Assembly (NCBI RefSeq): GCF_009834535.1
Contig: NC_045697.1
Span: forward strand, 12,588,001-12,648,000
DNA from: Camelus ferus
Taxonomy: Eukaryota
Length of the DNA stretch: 60,000 bases
Reading direction: 5' to 3'
Shown here: positions 24,679 to 36,445 of the stretch, one piece after another
Numbering within the stretch: the stretch's first letter is position 1
Layout of the letters: the number at the start of each line of letters is the position of its first letter
Translations under genes and position numbers: made by a program
Notes under the pieces: model-generated
Databases searched by the model: none
What the model was told of the DNA's origin: nothing
The model's input: the letters and a program-made list of their open reading frames with translations, nothing else

Positions 24679-24687
24679 AAGAAAGTT

Positions 24688-25290
24688 GGGATGGGCTACA
24701 TTAATACCAGACAGTAAATTTCTGGACACTATTGTCAGAGATAAAGAGTGACATTTTATAATGTTAAAAAGATGGATTCATTATGAAGACAAAGCCAATC
24801 TAAATGTTTGTGTATCTCACAGCAGATACTCAAAATACATGAAGCAAAAATTAGCAGAAATAGACATTGAGAATAATAGAGAATAGAGAAATAGAAATAG
24901 AGAAAGGAGAAATTTACAAATGCAGTTGAAAATTTCAACACTCCTCTTTCACTAACTGATGTAGTAGCAGTCAGAAAACCAATAGGGATATAGAAGACAC
25001 TATTAACCAACTTGACCTAATTGATATTCATAGAACTCACCACGCATCTGGTGGAGACTTCACCAGTGTAGACCTTATTTTGTACCATGAAACAGGTCGC
25101 AGTTCTTTGGCCCACAGTGGAACTGACTTAGAAATCAGCAATAGAAAAATATGTGGAAAATTCCTACATATCTGGAAATTAAACAGAATGCTTCTAAATA
25201 ACTCATGGATCAAAGAAGAAGTCACAAGAGAAATAAAAAATATTTAACTGAAATAAAATAAAATAAAAACATGAAAACTGCAGGATGCAG
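24688..25290 (+). mobile_element. Ancient L1M ORF2 endonuclease region
   Basis: tcaaaatacatgaagcaaaaatt...atttcaacactcctctttca...ttctaaataactcatggatcaaagaagaa. Confidence 0.8.
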
Positions 25291-25680
25291 TATTTTAATC
25301 TCATTGGCTGCTATAACAAAACACCACGCACTGGGTGGCTTAAATGGCAGAGATTGATTTCTCACAGTTCTGGAGGCTGGGAAGTCCAAGATCAAGGTGC
25401 CGGCCAATACAGTTCCTGGTGAGAACTTTATTTCTAGCTTGCAGAGAGCCAAATGCTTGCCTTGTCCTCACATGGCCTTTCTTTGGTGGGTGCAGGAGGG
25501 AAGTGAGAGCGAGAGATCTCTTTCTCTTCTTAAAAAGCCACTGATTCCAACATGAGGACCCAACGCTCATGACCTAATATAACCCTAATCGTCTTGCAGA
25601 GATCTCACCCTTAAGTACCATTTTATTGGGGGTTAGATCTTCAATATATGAATTTAGGGGGGCATACTCAGTCCATTAAA
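25291..25680 (-). mobile_element. MLT1A-like solo LTR nested in old L1
   Basis: ggctgctataacaaaacaccac...ctcacagttctggaggctgggaagtccaagatcaaggtgcc; 5-bp TSD tgcag at 25286-25290 and 25681-25685. Confidence 0.85.
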
Positions 25681-25714
25681 TGCAGCCAAAATATTGCTTA
25701 GTTCTCAGAAAAAA

Positions 25715-26468
25715 AATTTCTCCAGACTTTGTCATTGTCTCATACTGGAACTCTGTTCACTCATTGAACAACAGTTCCCCATCCCGCCCCCCCAGTCCCT
25801 GGTGACCACTGTTCTACTTTCTGTCTCTAAGAATTTGACTATTTTATGTACCTCGTGTAAGTGGAATCATACACGGTCTGTCCTATCATATCTGGCTTAT
25901 TTCATTTAGCATAATGTCTTCAGGGCTCATCCATGTTATGTCAGAATCCCATTCATTTTTAAGGCTGAACAATATTTCATTGCATATATATGTCATATTT
26001 TGTTAATCAGTTCATATATCAGTAGACATTTGGGTTATGTCCACTTTTTGGCTATTGTGAATAATGCTACTACGAACACTTACATACAAATATCTGTCTG
26101 AGTTTGATTTCGGTTCTTTGGGGTATACGCCCAGAGATGGAATTGCTGGATCATATGTTTCATATGTTTAATTTTTTGAGAAACTACCATACTGTTTCCC
26201 ATAGTGACTGCAACATTTTACATTCCCACTAGCAGTGTACCAGGGTCCCAATTATTGCTAACATTTGTTGTTTTTTAGTTTGTAATTTTTTTTGATAATT
26301 TGATAATAGCCACCCTAATGGGTATGAAGCAACATCTGATTGGGGTTTTGATTTGCATTTCTATAATGGTTAGTGATTTTGAGCATAATTTCGTGTGTTT
26401 ATTGGCCATTTATTTGTATGTCTTCTTTGGAGAAATGTTTATTCAAGTCTTTTGCTCATTTTTGAATT
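25715..26468 (-). mobile_element. L1MB-type 3' region nested antisense in older L1
   Basis: gtaagtggaatcatac...tggcttatttcatttagcataatgtcttc...ggaattgctggatcatatg...ttctttggagaaatgtttattcaagtc. Confidence 0.85.
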
Positions 26469-26535
26469 TTTAAATGCTCAGATTAGAAATAAGAAAGGTA
26501 TATAATCAATGATCTTAAGTGATCTTAAGAAACTG

Positions 26536-26748
26536 TGGAAAAGATTAGACACTATATAAAAATAGATGAAAACAAGCAAAAAAACAAATTTCTTCTGTAT
26601 AGTGCAGGGAACTATATTCAATGTCTTGTAGTAACCTTTAATGAAAAAGAATATTAAAATGAATATATCTGTGTATATGCAGGACTGGGACATTGTGCTG
26701 TACACCAGAAATTGACACATTGTAACAGACTGTACTTTAATTTTAAAA
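26536..26748 (+). mobile_element. Short lineage-specific L1 3' end
   Basis: gtatagtgcagggaactatattcaat...gtacaccagaaattgacacattgtaac; decayed TSD aagaaactg/aaaaagctg; inserted in old L1 that spans 26470-26880. Confidence 0.8.
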
Positions 26749-27046
26749 AAGCTGGAAAAAGAGCAAAGTAAACTCAAAATTAAGTATATGGAGGGAAATA
26801 ATAAGGACAAGCGTGGATATCAATAAAATAAAAACCACAAAAATAGAGAAAATTGATTAAAATGCTAATCAATTAGCAAATCTTATTGATTCCCACCTCC
26901 TGAATATTTCTTCAGTCTATTAACTCTTCCAGAGTCTAGGTTCTTAAATACCGTATTACAAAGCCCTGTGTAGTATGAAGTTACTTAACCTGTTGTCCAA
27001 AATTGAGGAGAAGGATGGACCATGTTGTTTTCATCTTGGTATCTCT

Positions 27047-27652
27047 AGTGTAATCTTGTTTATCTATTCTACATATGCCTGTCAGTATCTACAAATTTTG
27101 AACTCCCAGTCTATCTCTTCCCATCCCCCTCCCCCTTGGCAACCACAAGTTTGTATTCTATGTCTATGAGTCCGTTTCTGTTTTGTATTTATGTTTTTTT
27201 TTTTTTTTAGATTCCACATATGAGAGATCTCATATGGTATTTTTCTTTTCTTTCTGTCCTACTTCACTTAGAATGACATTCTCCAGGGACATCCATGTTG
27301 CTGCAAATGGCGTTAAGTTGCCGTTTTTTATGGCTGAATAGTATTCTATTGTATAAGTATACCACATCTTCTTTATCCAGTCATCTGTTGGGCATTTAGG
27401 CTGTTTCCATGTCTTGGCTATTGTAAATAGTGCTGCTATGAACATTGGGGTGCAGGTGTCTTTTTGAAGTAGGATTCCTTCTGGATATATGCCCAGGAGT
27501 GAGATTCCTGGGTCATATGGTTAAGTCTATTCCTAGTCTTTTGAGGAATCTCCGTACTGTTTTCCACAGTGGCTGCACCAAACTGCATTCCCACCAGCAG
27601 TGTAGGAGGGTTCCCTTTTCTCCACAGCCTCTCTAGCATTTGTCATTTGTGG
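27047..27652 (-). mobile_element. Young lineage-specific L1 fragment (ORF2 C-terminus plus partial 3'UTR)
   Basis: Minus-strand [29 protein letters not shown]; homologous to 23976-24510; no poly(A) visible. Confidence 0.9.
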
Positions 27653-29249
27653 ACAGAAAAGTCACCTCTTAATGATGTTACTCTACACAAATCCTGTGGC
27701 TCTCTGGATCCTCATCTGTAACACAGATGCACATCAAATAATAAATATTACAAGAAGTTTGGGATTTCCATTCACTAAAAATGATTTCACTGATTCAGAT
27801 TTGAGAGTTAAACTTGATTTGGTCCAGGAAACTCCTGCTCTATTCCATGTTAGAATTATGCAGTGTCTCCATGTGTACCTCTTCATGTGCTATGTAAAAA
27901 TTCACCCTACTTTTGGGTTATCTTCTTTGAGCCTAATTCCAGCCTAAATTACTAGACACCAGATCATTGAGGTCAGGTATAATGACTTTCATCTTTGTCT
28001 CCCTTGAACCTTACAATTCCTGGCATAGAAAAGGGCGTAATAATAAATCATTGTTGAAGAATGAAGTAGAAGAGTAGGAAAGATCTCAGAGCCTAGATGA
28101 AAGAAAAATTGCTAATACTTTATTTCTGGAAGGAGCGAATGTAGGATGCACTGCCCAACAGCTCTAATTTCTCCAAGTAATACTCATCACTGGAAATGCC
28201 AGGGATGAGGTCAAATATTTGGTTTTGTGTAGATTTTTGTTAGGATCTCATTGATACCAGACTCCAAATTGTTTTCAGACTATTTGGCAAATCTCTGCTC
28301 TTTTTTATAAGCATCTGAGAGCTTTTCTCTCTGGCACAGGATCTCCATATAGTGCGTTCTTCATCAACTGACTTGTGGAATTTGTCCATGCTTTGAAAAG
28401 AAAATACAGGACAGTGTACAGAAAAAGGAAAACTGTAAACTTGATTGCAAACTAGAACAAGGTAGAAAACTGTGAAGCCTGAAGTTTCTGGAAGTCAGTC
28501 CACCTGTTAAGTCACAAGACAGTCATTTGTCACGACAGACTTCTCTCTCCTCTCTCTGTCCAAATTACATTCATCCTTTCAGGCCCCATTCCAATCCCAC
28601 CTCCCTTTATGGTCAGACTGTTATCCACTGCCCTCTGCATTATCTAAATTTCTGTAGCATTTATAAATGGAGCCGTGAAATCTAGCAGCTGTTTAAAATC
28701 TGTTCTGGAAAAATAATTATGTCTGTACTGCACATTATTTTTGAAATGCTCTTACATTTACCTCACTTGGTCTTTGCAATTATTTGGAGAGGGTATTGCT
28801 GTGAATGCACCCATTTTAAAGGTCCGAGTCAGAGTGCCTCAAGGACTTATATGCGGTTATGTACCTAAAGGTAAGTTTTCTGATTTCAAATGTATTCTCT
28901 GGACTTACTGGTACATGCTTGCTTTGTCTTCCCTGTCTTGAGCCTCACAACAGATGTCTTCCCAACAGAGCCTAGTGGAACACTAGGCACAAAGCAACAT
29001 GCTTAATGCTTGCTATTTTTTCACTTCAGAGCATATGCTGTTACAAAACTCTCCTTTGTCCTAAAACATCATATTTCTGCTCTTTTGTTATGCTAAACAG
29101 TCATTGCTTCAGATTTTAACCTAGCTTCTCAGGTACTTATTTGTAGTGAGGCCTAGAAGAATAACAAATAGGAAAAAACAAGTTGTGAAGACACTTGAGA
29201 TCGTATGAACTACTAGCCTTCTTTTCCAGCCCAACAGTCAATTCCTCCT

Positions 29250-29650
29250 TCTGATAACAGACCCACTGACTTTGCCGGAGAACCAGTTCTATGTGGCTCT
29301 GTTGGTGGTGGGCTCTTCCTTCCTCTTCAGCACCCATAGGACTGGGCGCGTGACTCAGGTCCAGACAAACACCCAAAGCCCTGGTTGAGATGACTGGCTC
29401 AGCGGTAGGCACACGATTTGAGAATAGCCAATCGGAGTACACCCTGAGATCGATTTCTTTTTTGCCAGTGCAATGGGGAAAGGAGCTTTTCCAGAGTTAG
29501 AATATGAGTCCTGGATTATAAGACTCCATCATAATTACATGGAGAGAGTCTACCTGAGAAAAATGGACCTCCAATTATTTCATTTGAGTCCTTTGTCTTA
29601 ACCACACCTAAGCTTGCTACCAAACCTGGTCTTTTTGATTCAGTTAATAA
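29250..29650 (+). mobile_element. Old MLT1 (J/K-like) LTR remnant
   Basis: Degenerate motifs gactggctcagcggtaggcacacgatttgagaatagccaatcggag and ggagagagtctacctgaga. Confidence 0.4.
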
Positions 29651-29716
29651 TTCCCTTCCTTCCTTCCTCCCTCCCTCCTTCCTACCTTCCTACCTTCCCT
29701 CCTACCTTTCTCTGCA

Positions 29717-29840
29717 TTTTTTTGGGAGGGTTAATTAGGTTGTATTTATTTACTTATTTTTTTAAAATAGAGGTACTGGGGGTTGAACCCAGGACCTCAT
29801 GCATGCTAGGTATGCACTCTTATCACTGACCTATAGCCTC
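29717..29840 (-). mobile_element. tRNA-derived SINE of camelid Vic-1 type
   Basis: Minus strand gaggctataggtcagtgataagagtgcatacctagcatgcatgaggtcctgggttcaacccccagtacctc (A and B boxes) then A-rich tail; (TTCC)-rich tract adjoining at 29655-29710. Confidence 0.8.
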
Positions 29841-30349
29841 ATGGGTTATGGCATGGTATCTGTTTGGTTTATGTATGGTACATGTTTAGAATGCATTTTA
29901 GAGCTATACTGGTAATGGGAGGTCAGAGAAGCTATATACATTGCTCATTGTCACACAAGGAGTAAGGGATAAAGTCAGTATTCAAATTCAGCTCTGTTGA
30001 CTTTAACCTGACCCTCAAGTTTCTCTGCACTTATGTGAGCTTTTCATTTCATTGAAGAGAAATCTACAGCTCAGGAAACTGTGCCACTTTTTCAAGATCA
30101 TCCAGTGGCAGAGCTGGAACCTATTCACCTGACACCAAAAATGTAGCTCATACTATTACTTATCTTAAGCACTCACAGACACTACTTGGCTTTGTGTTAA
30201 CAGAACCCTGGCTGACAACGGAATCACTCGATCCCATTGGAGTTGACTTGACATGGCTAGTTATAGTCTCTAAACTCTCAGGCTTCTGGACTGCAGAGCT
30301 TTGAAGAAAATGCCTTTTACAAACATAGATGCCCCAGACTCCGATAAGG

Positions 30350-30886
30350 AGTTTATTAGGGTTGTTTAGAGAAACAGAAACAATAGGATAGTTGTAGATA
30401 TGGATATAGTATAGATACAGTCATAGAGTTGGAGACAGAGCTTTGTTATGAGGAATTGGTTCATGCAATTATGTGGTCTGAGAAGCACCACAGTCTGTTA
30501 TCTGCCAGCCTGTAAGGCCAGCAAAGCTAGTAGTGTAGATGGTAGAAGTTCAAAAGCTTGAGGATCAGGGCAGCTGATGGTGTAAGTGCAAGTCTGACGG
30601 CCTAAGAACCAGGAAGTGCTGATGTTTGAAGGACAAGAGAAGATGGTTGTCCCAGGGGAGAGCAGAGAGCGAATTTCGCTTCCTCTGCCTTTGTGTTTAA
30701 TATAGGCCCTGAATGGATTAGATGATCCCCTCCAATAGTGGAGAGGATGGTCTTCTTTACTCAGTCCACTGATTCAAATACCAACTCCAGAAACACCCTC
30801 ACAGACATGCCCAGAAATGATGGTTACCAAGCTATCTGGGCATCCGTTAGCCCAGCCAAGTTGACAAATAAAATTAACTATCACCA
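30350..30886 (-). mobile_element. MLT2 (ERVL) solo LTR
   Basis: ttagggttgtttagagaaacagaaacaataggata...gaggaattggttcatgcaattatg...agccaagttgacaaataaaattaactatcac. Confidence 0.88.
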
Positions 30887-32599
30887 TCACGTAGGGCTGC
30901 CTGGCAAGTGTGCTTTCCTCATAGATCTGTGCCAGGCAGGTGTGTCAGCTCAGGTGGGCCACGAAGGGCAACAGTGAGGAGGGGCTTCAGAAGGCAGGTG
31001 TAAAACTGTGTCAAGAGAGTTCTGGTTACAATGAAAGATGCCAGACCTATTGCCATGTCCCAGGGACAAATCTGGAGCTGAGCATGAAAAAGAAAACCAA
31101 GGAGTGAAGTTCTGAGCAGTGCAGGAATACAGTGGTTAGAAGGTCTAGGACTTCTATGCTATGTGGCACAGGGATGCTGATGTTACTGGTCTGCACTGCA
31201 TGGTGCTTTGGTAGATGCAGTCTGAATTATGGGAAAATGCTGGGCAATTTTTAGGAGAATTTAGGAATTCCATTTCAAAATGTATATGATATGGAAGCTG
31301 CCTAGCTGTGGAAGAACAGTGGATGTTTTTGCTGGTTGGATCCATCACAAAACTGCTCCTTTCCCCAAATTACATAAGCTCCACATTGAAGTACTTACAG
31401 ATGAAAAGCATTTCCTGAAAGCTCTTGGAACATTTCACAGTTTTCGTTCTTTAATTCTTATACATAGATACACTTAAAAATACTATGGAAAACTGCGCCA
31501 CCACACAGAACTGAAGAAAGCCTGAGAAAGACGGAAAAGCTTTTTGTGTTGATTTTAAGACCATTTGTATATAATTACATAGAAATATGAGACTTGAAAT
31601 TTTCTCAGTTGAAATAAGGCAAATGACCATTTGATGTGATAAAGCAAAGGAATCAAATTCAGGCGGGAACCTTGTCGCATTTGGAAGCGAAGCCGCTTCT
31701 TTTGGAGAGTGGGGATTTCACTTCTCATTCTTTGGCTGCAAGTGTTTTACACTGAAGTTGGCAACTCCTTACAGAGAGGAAGCTTTTTGTCAGTTGGGTA
31801 ATTTTCTTTTTCTCCTTTCCAACCTCAGAAATACCATGCTCACATTTTCAGATTTATTTTGATTTTCTTTATTCAAACGAAGTGCAACTCTTTTTTGAAC
31901 CTAATGAAAATACACATTTAACTCAAAAATTATGTACTATTTATTGCTCTTATTTTGTTTAAGGTGATGATACCGAGTTCATTTTAGAAAATTTGGAATA
32001 TACAGTAAAGCATACTAAGTAGCCAGCTGTAATTCCACTACCGTGAGATTATTTTGTTCCTATTTTGATGTTTGTCTTTCTAGGTATTTTCTGTACTAAA
32101 TGATATCTTGTGATAATGATTTGTTTCACACACTAAATTATAATCTAGTTTTTATCTTTTTACATCAAAAATTGGACTCTCTGAAGTGGATGTACCATCG
32201 TTTATTTAACTAATCCTCACTAGTAGTTGCTACATCTTTCCTATCATAAACAGCTCTGGAATAAACACCTTTGAAGACAAATCAGTTTGCAGTTCCATGA
32301 TGACTTCCTTACTATCAGTACAATTCTAGGATTGAAATATATTCCTGGATCTCAGAGTAATATCTTGGCATTTTCCCTCTTTGTTCTTAGTATAAGTGAA
32401 GCAGTATAAGTTTATAATAGAAATAGTGGTTCAATTCAACTTTCAAGGTGTCAAGGTTAAGCCTGATTGGGATAGACCAGTAGGTCATTGTTGAGGCTGG
32501 ATGTCAGGGGCTGCAGCTTGATTGGATGTGGTAGTTATTTGAGGAAGCTGATAAAGTGACAGCCCGAGGGCTCAGTTGGTTAAGTGGAGATACAGTTGT

Positions 32600-32760
32600 A
32601 GTTTAGGAGTGCCCATGTGACTGAACACTGTGCTTCATCTTGTAGACACCATTCCTCTAACCTTTATAAGCCTCCAAGGCAGGTATCACCACCATCATTT
32701 CGGAAACACAGCAACTGCGGCTCAGAGAATGTAGCTAAGTATCTTTCCTAAGGTCATCCC
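32600..32760 (-). mobile_element. MIR SINE fragment
   Basis: aggcaggtatcaccaccatcattt...aactgcggctcagagaa...cctaaggtcat. Confidence 0.6.
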
Positions 32761-32767
32761 TCCAGGC

Positions 32768-32984
32768 CAGGGTCCCTCAACCTTGACACTATTGATGTGT
32801 TGGGCTAGAGAATGTTGCAGTGGGCTGTCCTGTGCATTGTAGGATGCTTAGCAGCATCCTTGTCCCCTGCCCGATAGCACCCTAACCCCGGCTGTGACAA
32901 CCAAGCATGTTTCCAGATATTGCCAAATGTCCCTTGGGATAGGGTAGGGGATGGGCAAAGTCACCACAATTGGAGACAGTATTG
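32768..32984 (+). mobile_element. MER20 hAT-Charlie DNA transposon
   Basis: ctcaaccttgacactattgatgtgttgggc...gctgtcctgtgcattgtaggatgcttagcagcatcc...tccagatattgccaaatgtccc. Confidence 0.9.
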
Positions 32985-33354
32985 AAGACAAAATTCAAAA
33001 TTTAAACCTGTAATTTCATATTGTATGCTCTTTTCCATATAGTATTTCCTGAAAGCACTTGGAACTGCCTCTTTCCCTAATAGTAATAAAGATCTGCTCT
33101 GGGGTCCTGGGTACCAGACCTGATTTCTCACAAATGCTGTTGATGGCGTTTCCACTCTCTGGAAGTTTTATGACCCTACTCTTAGCAGACAATTTCACCT
33201 GCATTTGACTGAAAAGATTGACATCATTCAATGTTCCCTCATCTTCCCATTTGTTCCCCTACTCTAGCCCCGACACCAGTCCAAATAAACCTGTTATCTT
33301 CATTCGACCACTTGTCTTTTCACCTGTCTGAAGGAAAAGGGAATTTCTTGGACA

Positions 33355-33565
33355 AGTGTAGCTAGGCTTTGGAGTAAGAGAGCTCTGGATTTGAATCTAG
33401 ACTCTTACACTTAACTGCTGTGTGACTTTCAACAAGTTACTTAGCCACTCTGAGCCTACTGTTAATCATACAGAAAATGGGGATTAAAAATACCATATGT
33501 ACAGTAATATTTAAATAATAAATGAGCTAATGTCCTTGAAAGTACCCAACAGAATGATGACACAG
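33355..33565 (+). mobile_element. MIR SINE
   Basis: ggctttggagtaagagagctctggatttgaatc...gctgtgtgactttcaacaagttacttagccactctgagcct. Confidence 0.8.
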
Positions 33566-33599
33566 AGAAATCAGGAACTTTCCAAGCCTCATTTTCCCC

Positions 33600-35825
33600 C
33601 AGGAGTAAACATGTTTGCTGGACCATCCATTCCCTTCTCTTCCAGGAACGGGCTTCACTTATACTATTTCTCTTTCATCATCTCTCTCAAAACAACATAA
33701 ATCAGGGCAGAATTATGTACAGTGTAAAAAATTAAGAGAAAAGTCAATGAGAATCCCACTACCTTTGAAAACTTTTAGTTTTTGTCCATATGTATAGTCA
33801 TATACTGCTAGCAATCATGTACATGTAAAATTTTGTAATCTAGCCTCTTTATTTAATATTATATCTGCACACCATAGGCACACTGCTATGTAGCATCTTC
33901 CTTGTATTAAAAGACAACTACCTTGACAGTCTCATTGTTTATTTAACTATTCACCTACTTCCCATAGTGAGATTGCTTTTGATCTGGGGTTGCTATCAAC
34001 AATACTGTCATGCCTATTTTCAGCACATAACTTTTTATTTCCTTTTTGTTTATGGCTTTTATATGTTTGGAACCTACTTTCCAGAAAGCTAGCTCTAGTT
34101 TGTATCAGTGCTAGCAGCAAATTTGTGCAAAGCTTCGACCATGGGATTATTGAGAATTGGATTTCCCTCCTTCCAGTGCACACATAGTCATCAGGTTTCT
34201 AGGTGCTGATTTAATAGACGAAATGCTTTGTTATTATTTAATTTGTGTTGTTACTTTATTTACAGCCTATTGATTAAGCCATATGATTTTTGATTACGTT
34301 TATTGATCGTATTTTCTTATACTGTTCTCCATATTCTGATATTTAATCATTTTATCACGTTAGCCTGCAGATGAAAACTAAGTTTTAACTTCCTTAAAAT
34401 GAACCTTCCCTTGTTTTCTTATTAAACGCTAAGCTTCTTTGTCTTCTTTCAATCGTTTGCTAAATTAAAAATAATTTTTGGTTCCAAAACAATAATATTC
34501 GGAAAGTAATAATAGTGAAAATTTTAAAGAAAATATAAAAACACTGGAGAATAAAAGTTCTTGTAGTTTAACTACCCTAAGGTAACTAATTTAAAAATGC
34601 ATTATATTACCATACAGTTTTGTTGTATAAATACATACAAAATTAGGATGATACTGAATGTGGCTTGAAATCTTAATTTTTTATTTTGCTCACTATTGTG
34701 TCATTAGTAGTTTTTGATAGCCTTAGTTTCTCAAAACATTAATTTAAGTAGTCAAACTATATTTCATAAAAGAGATGTATCATGTATTTAACTATTTCCC
34801 CCTTATACACTTAGGCGAGAAACATTTTTCCTACCATTAGAATTAATATTGCATTAAGCATCCTGGTACACAAATATATACTCGTGTTTGACTATTCAGG
34901 ATGTATTTCTGAAAGATTACTGATTCCACAGATATAAATTTTCTAAAGACTCAGTTCACCTCGCAAAATTACTTTTCAATCAGGTTGTGCCAATTTACCC
35001 TTCCTTATAATGGGTGAGTGCCTGTCTAATGCATCCTTGCTAGCACTAGGATAATCTTTGAAAAATCTTTGTTACTTTAGTACTTGAAAAATATTAGCCA
35101 TTAAATTCATATTTGCTTGATTATTAGGAAGATTGATCTTTTTTCATATGCCCACATTTGTCATTTTACTTACGTGAATTATTTAATTTCCTTTCCCTAT
35201 ATTTGTTTTGGTATTTGAGTGATGTTTTTATTGATTTGTAAACATTCTATATAGTTGAAGAATATTATCCTATTTTAAGCACATTTCTTGTAGTTTACTT
35301 GGTAAGTAATTTTCATTTAAAGTTTTTCATGATTATGTTTAGTGTAGAGTTTATCTTTTTCATTCACTACATTTAAGCTTGGAAAGCTTTTCTCCATCAC
35401 AAGATATTTAAGATCCTTGAAGTATTATCTACCAGTTCTGTTTATTTATTTAACATTTAGCACATAAATTAATCTGCACTTTGTTCTATTTTATGGTGTG
35501 TAGAAAAAAAGCCAACATTTTTTTCTTTAGATAGACAAATTCTTGAATAATGTCTGTTGAATGATCCATCTCTTCACCTGTTTGAATGTGATGCTTCCTT
35601 TATCCTATATTAAATACTACATTTGCTACCAATTGTTTCAGGCTTATTCTATTTAATTACTTTAATGATGGTAGCTTTGCAGTATTGTTTAATATGTAAT
35701 GAGGTTAATTCCCTTTTTATTTCACATTATTTATAAAATTATAATTGCCACCATTATCTGTTTATTATTTTCTATAAATCTCAGAATTGTTTAGTCAGTT
35801 TCCCCAAGAAATGCTATTGGAAATT
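33600..35825 (-). mobile_element. Highly decayed L1ME-type fragments
   Basis: T-rich + strand with antisense L1 motifs (ggttgtgccaatttaccc, tttttattgatttgtaaac, ctttgcagtattgtttaatat). Confidence 0.6.
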
Positions 35826-35829
35826 CATG

Positions 35830-36445
35830 AAAACAGCTTTGATCCCCACCTTTGTGGAATGTAATCCACAAAAGGAGAAGAGACAGTAACCATGTAAACA
35901 AACAAGTGAACATCTAATTTTGTATACTAACGCCTGGTCTGAAAGTAATGAGTAGAGTTTGGTGATTGAGAGTAAGCGTATATATGATTTGGAAAGATGG
36001 GAGGGAAACTACCAACACAGTGTGTTTCAGGAAGACCTTTCTAAGGAGCAGTCTTTTAAGCTGAGGTCTGAAGAATGGGAAGGATCCACAGAGCAAGAAG
36101 CAAGGACATGCAAGGCAACCAAAAGACCATGTAAAAGCCCCAAGGTGAGACTATCTGGGTGTATTTGAGAATCTTAGATGATGTGAAGGGGCCTGAAGCA
36201 TCTCAAGCAAGGGGTAGAGGCAGGTGATGAAATTGAACAGGATGGTGAGGCCAGAGTTATGAGTCTGGATTGTATTTAGGACACAAGGGAAGTCATTGAA
36301 TGGTATGAAGCTAGCCAGTGGCATGCTCATATTTGTTTTAAAATGATTATTCTAGCTACTTGTGGAAAATAGATTATAAGAGGTATAAACAAGAGGAGGA
36401 AGAGTTATAAGAGGCTATTATGGTAGCATTGGTAAGACATAATGC
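35830..36445 (-). mobile_element. L2 LINE fragment
   Basis: caggaagacctttctaaggag...ttttaagctgaggtctgaagaatgggaagga...ttttaaaatgattattctagctacttgtggaaaatagatt. Confidence 0.75.

Noticed and set aside
29717..29840. Possible tRNA gene
   Set aside because: Degenerate tRNA-like head plus A-rich tail marks it as a SINE.
32565..32610. gggctcagttggttaag resembling a tRNA A-box
   Set aside because: No B-box or cloverleaf follows.
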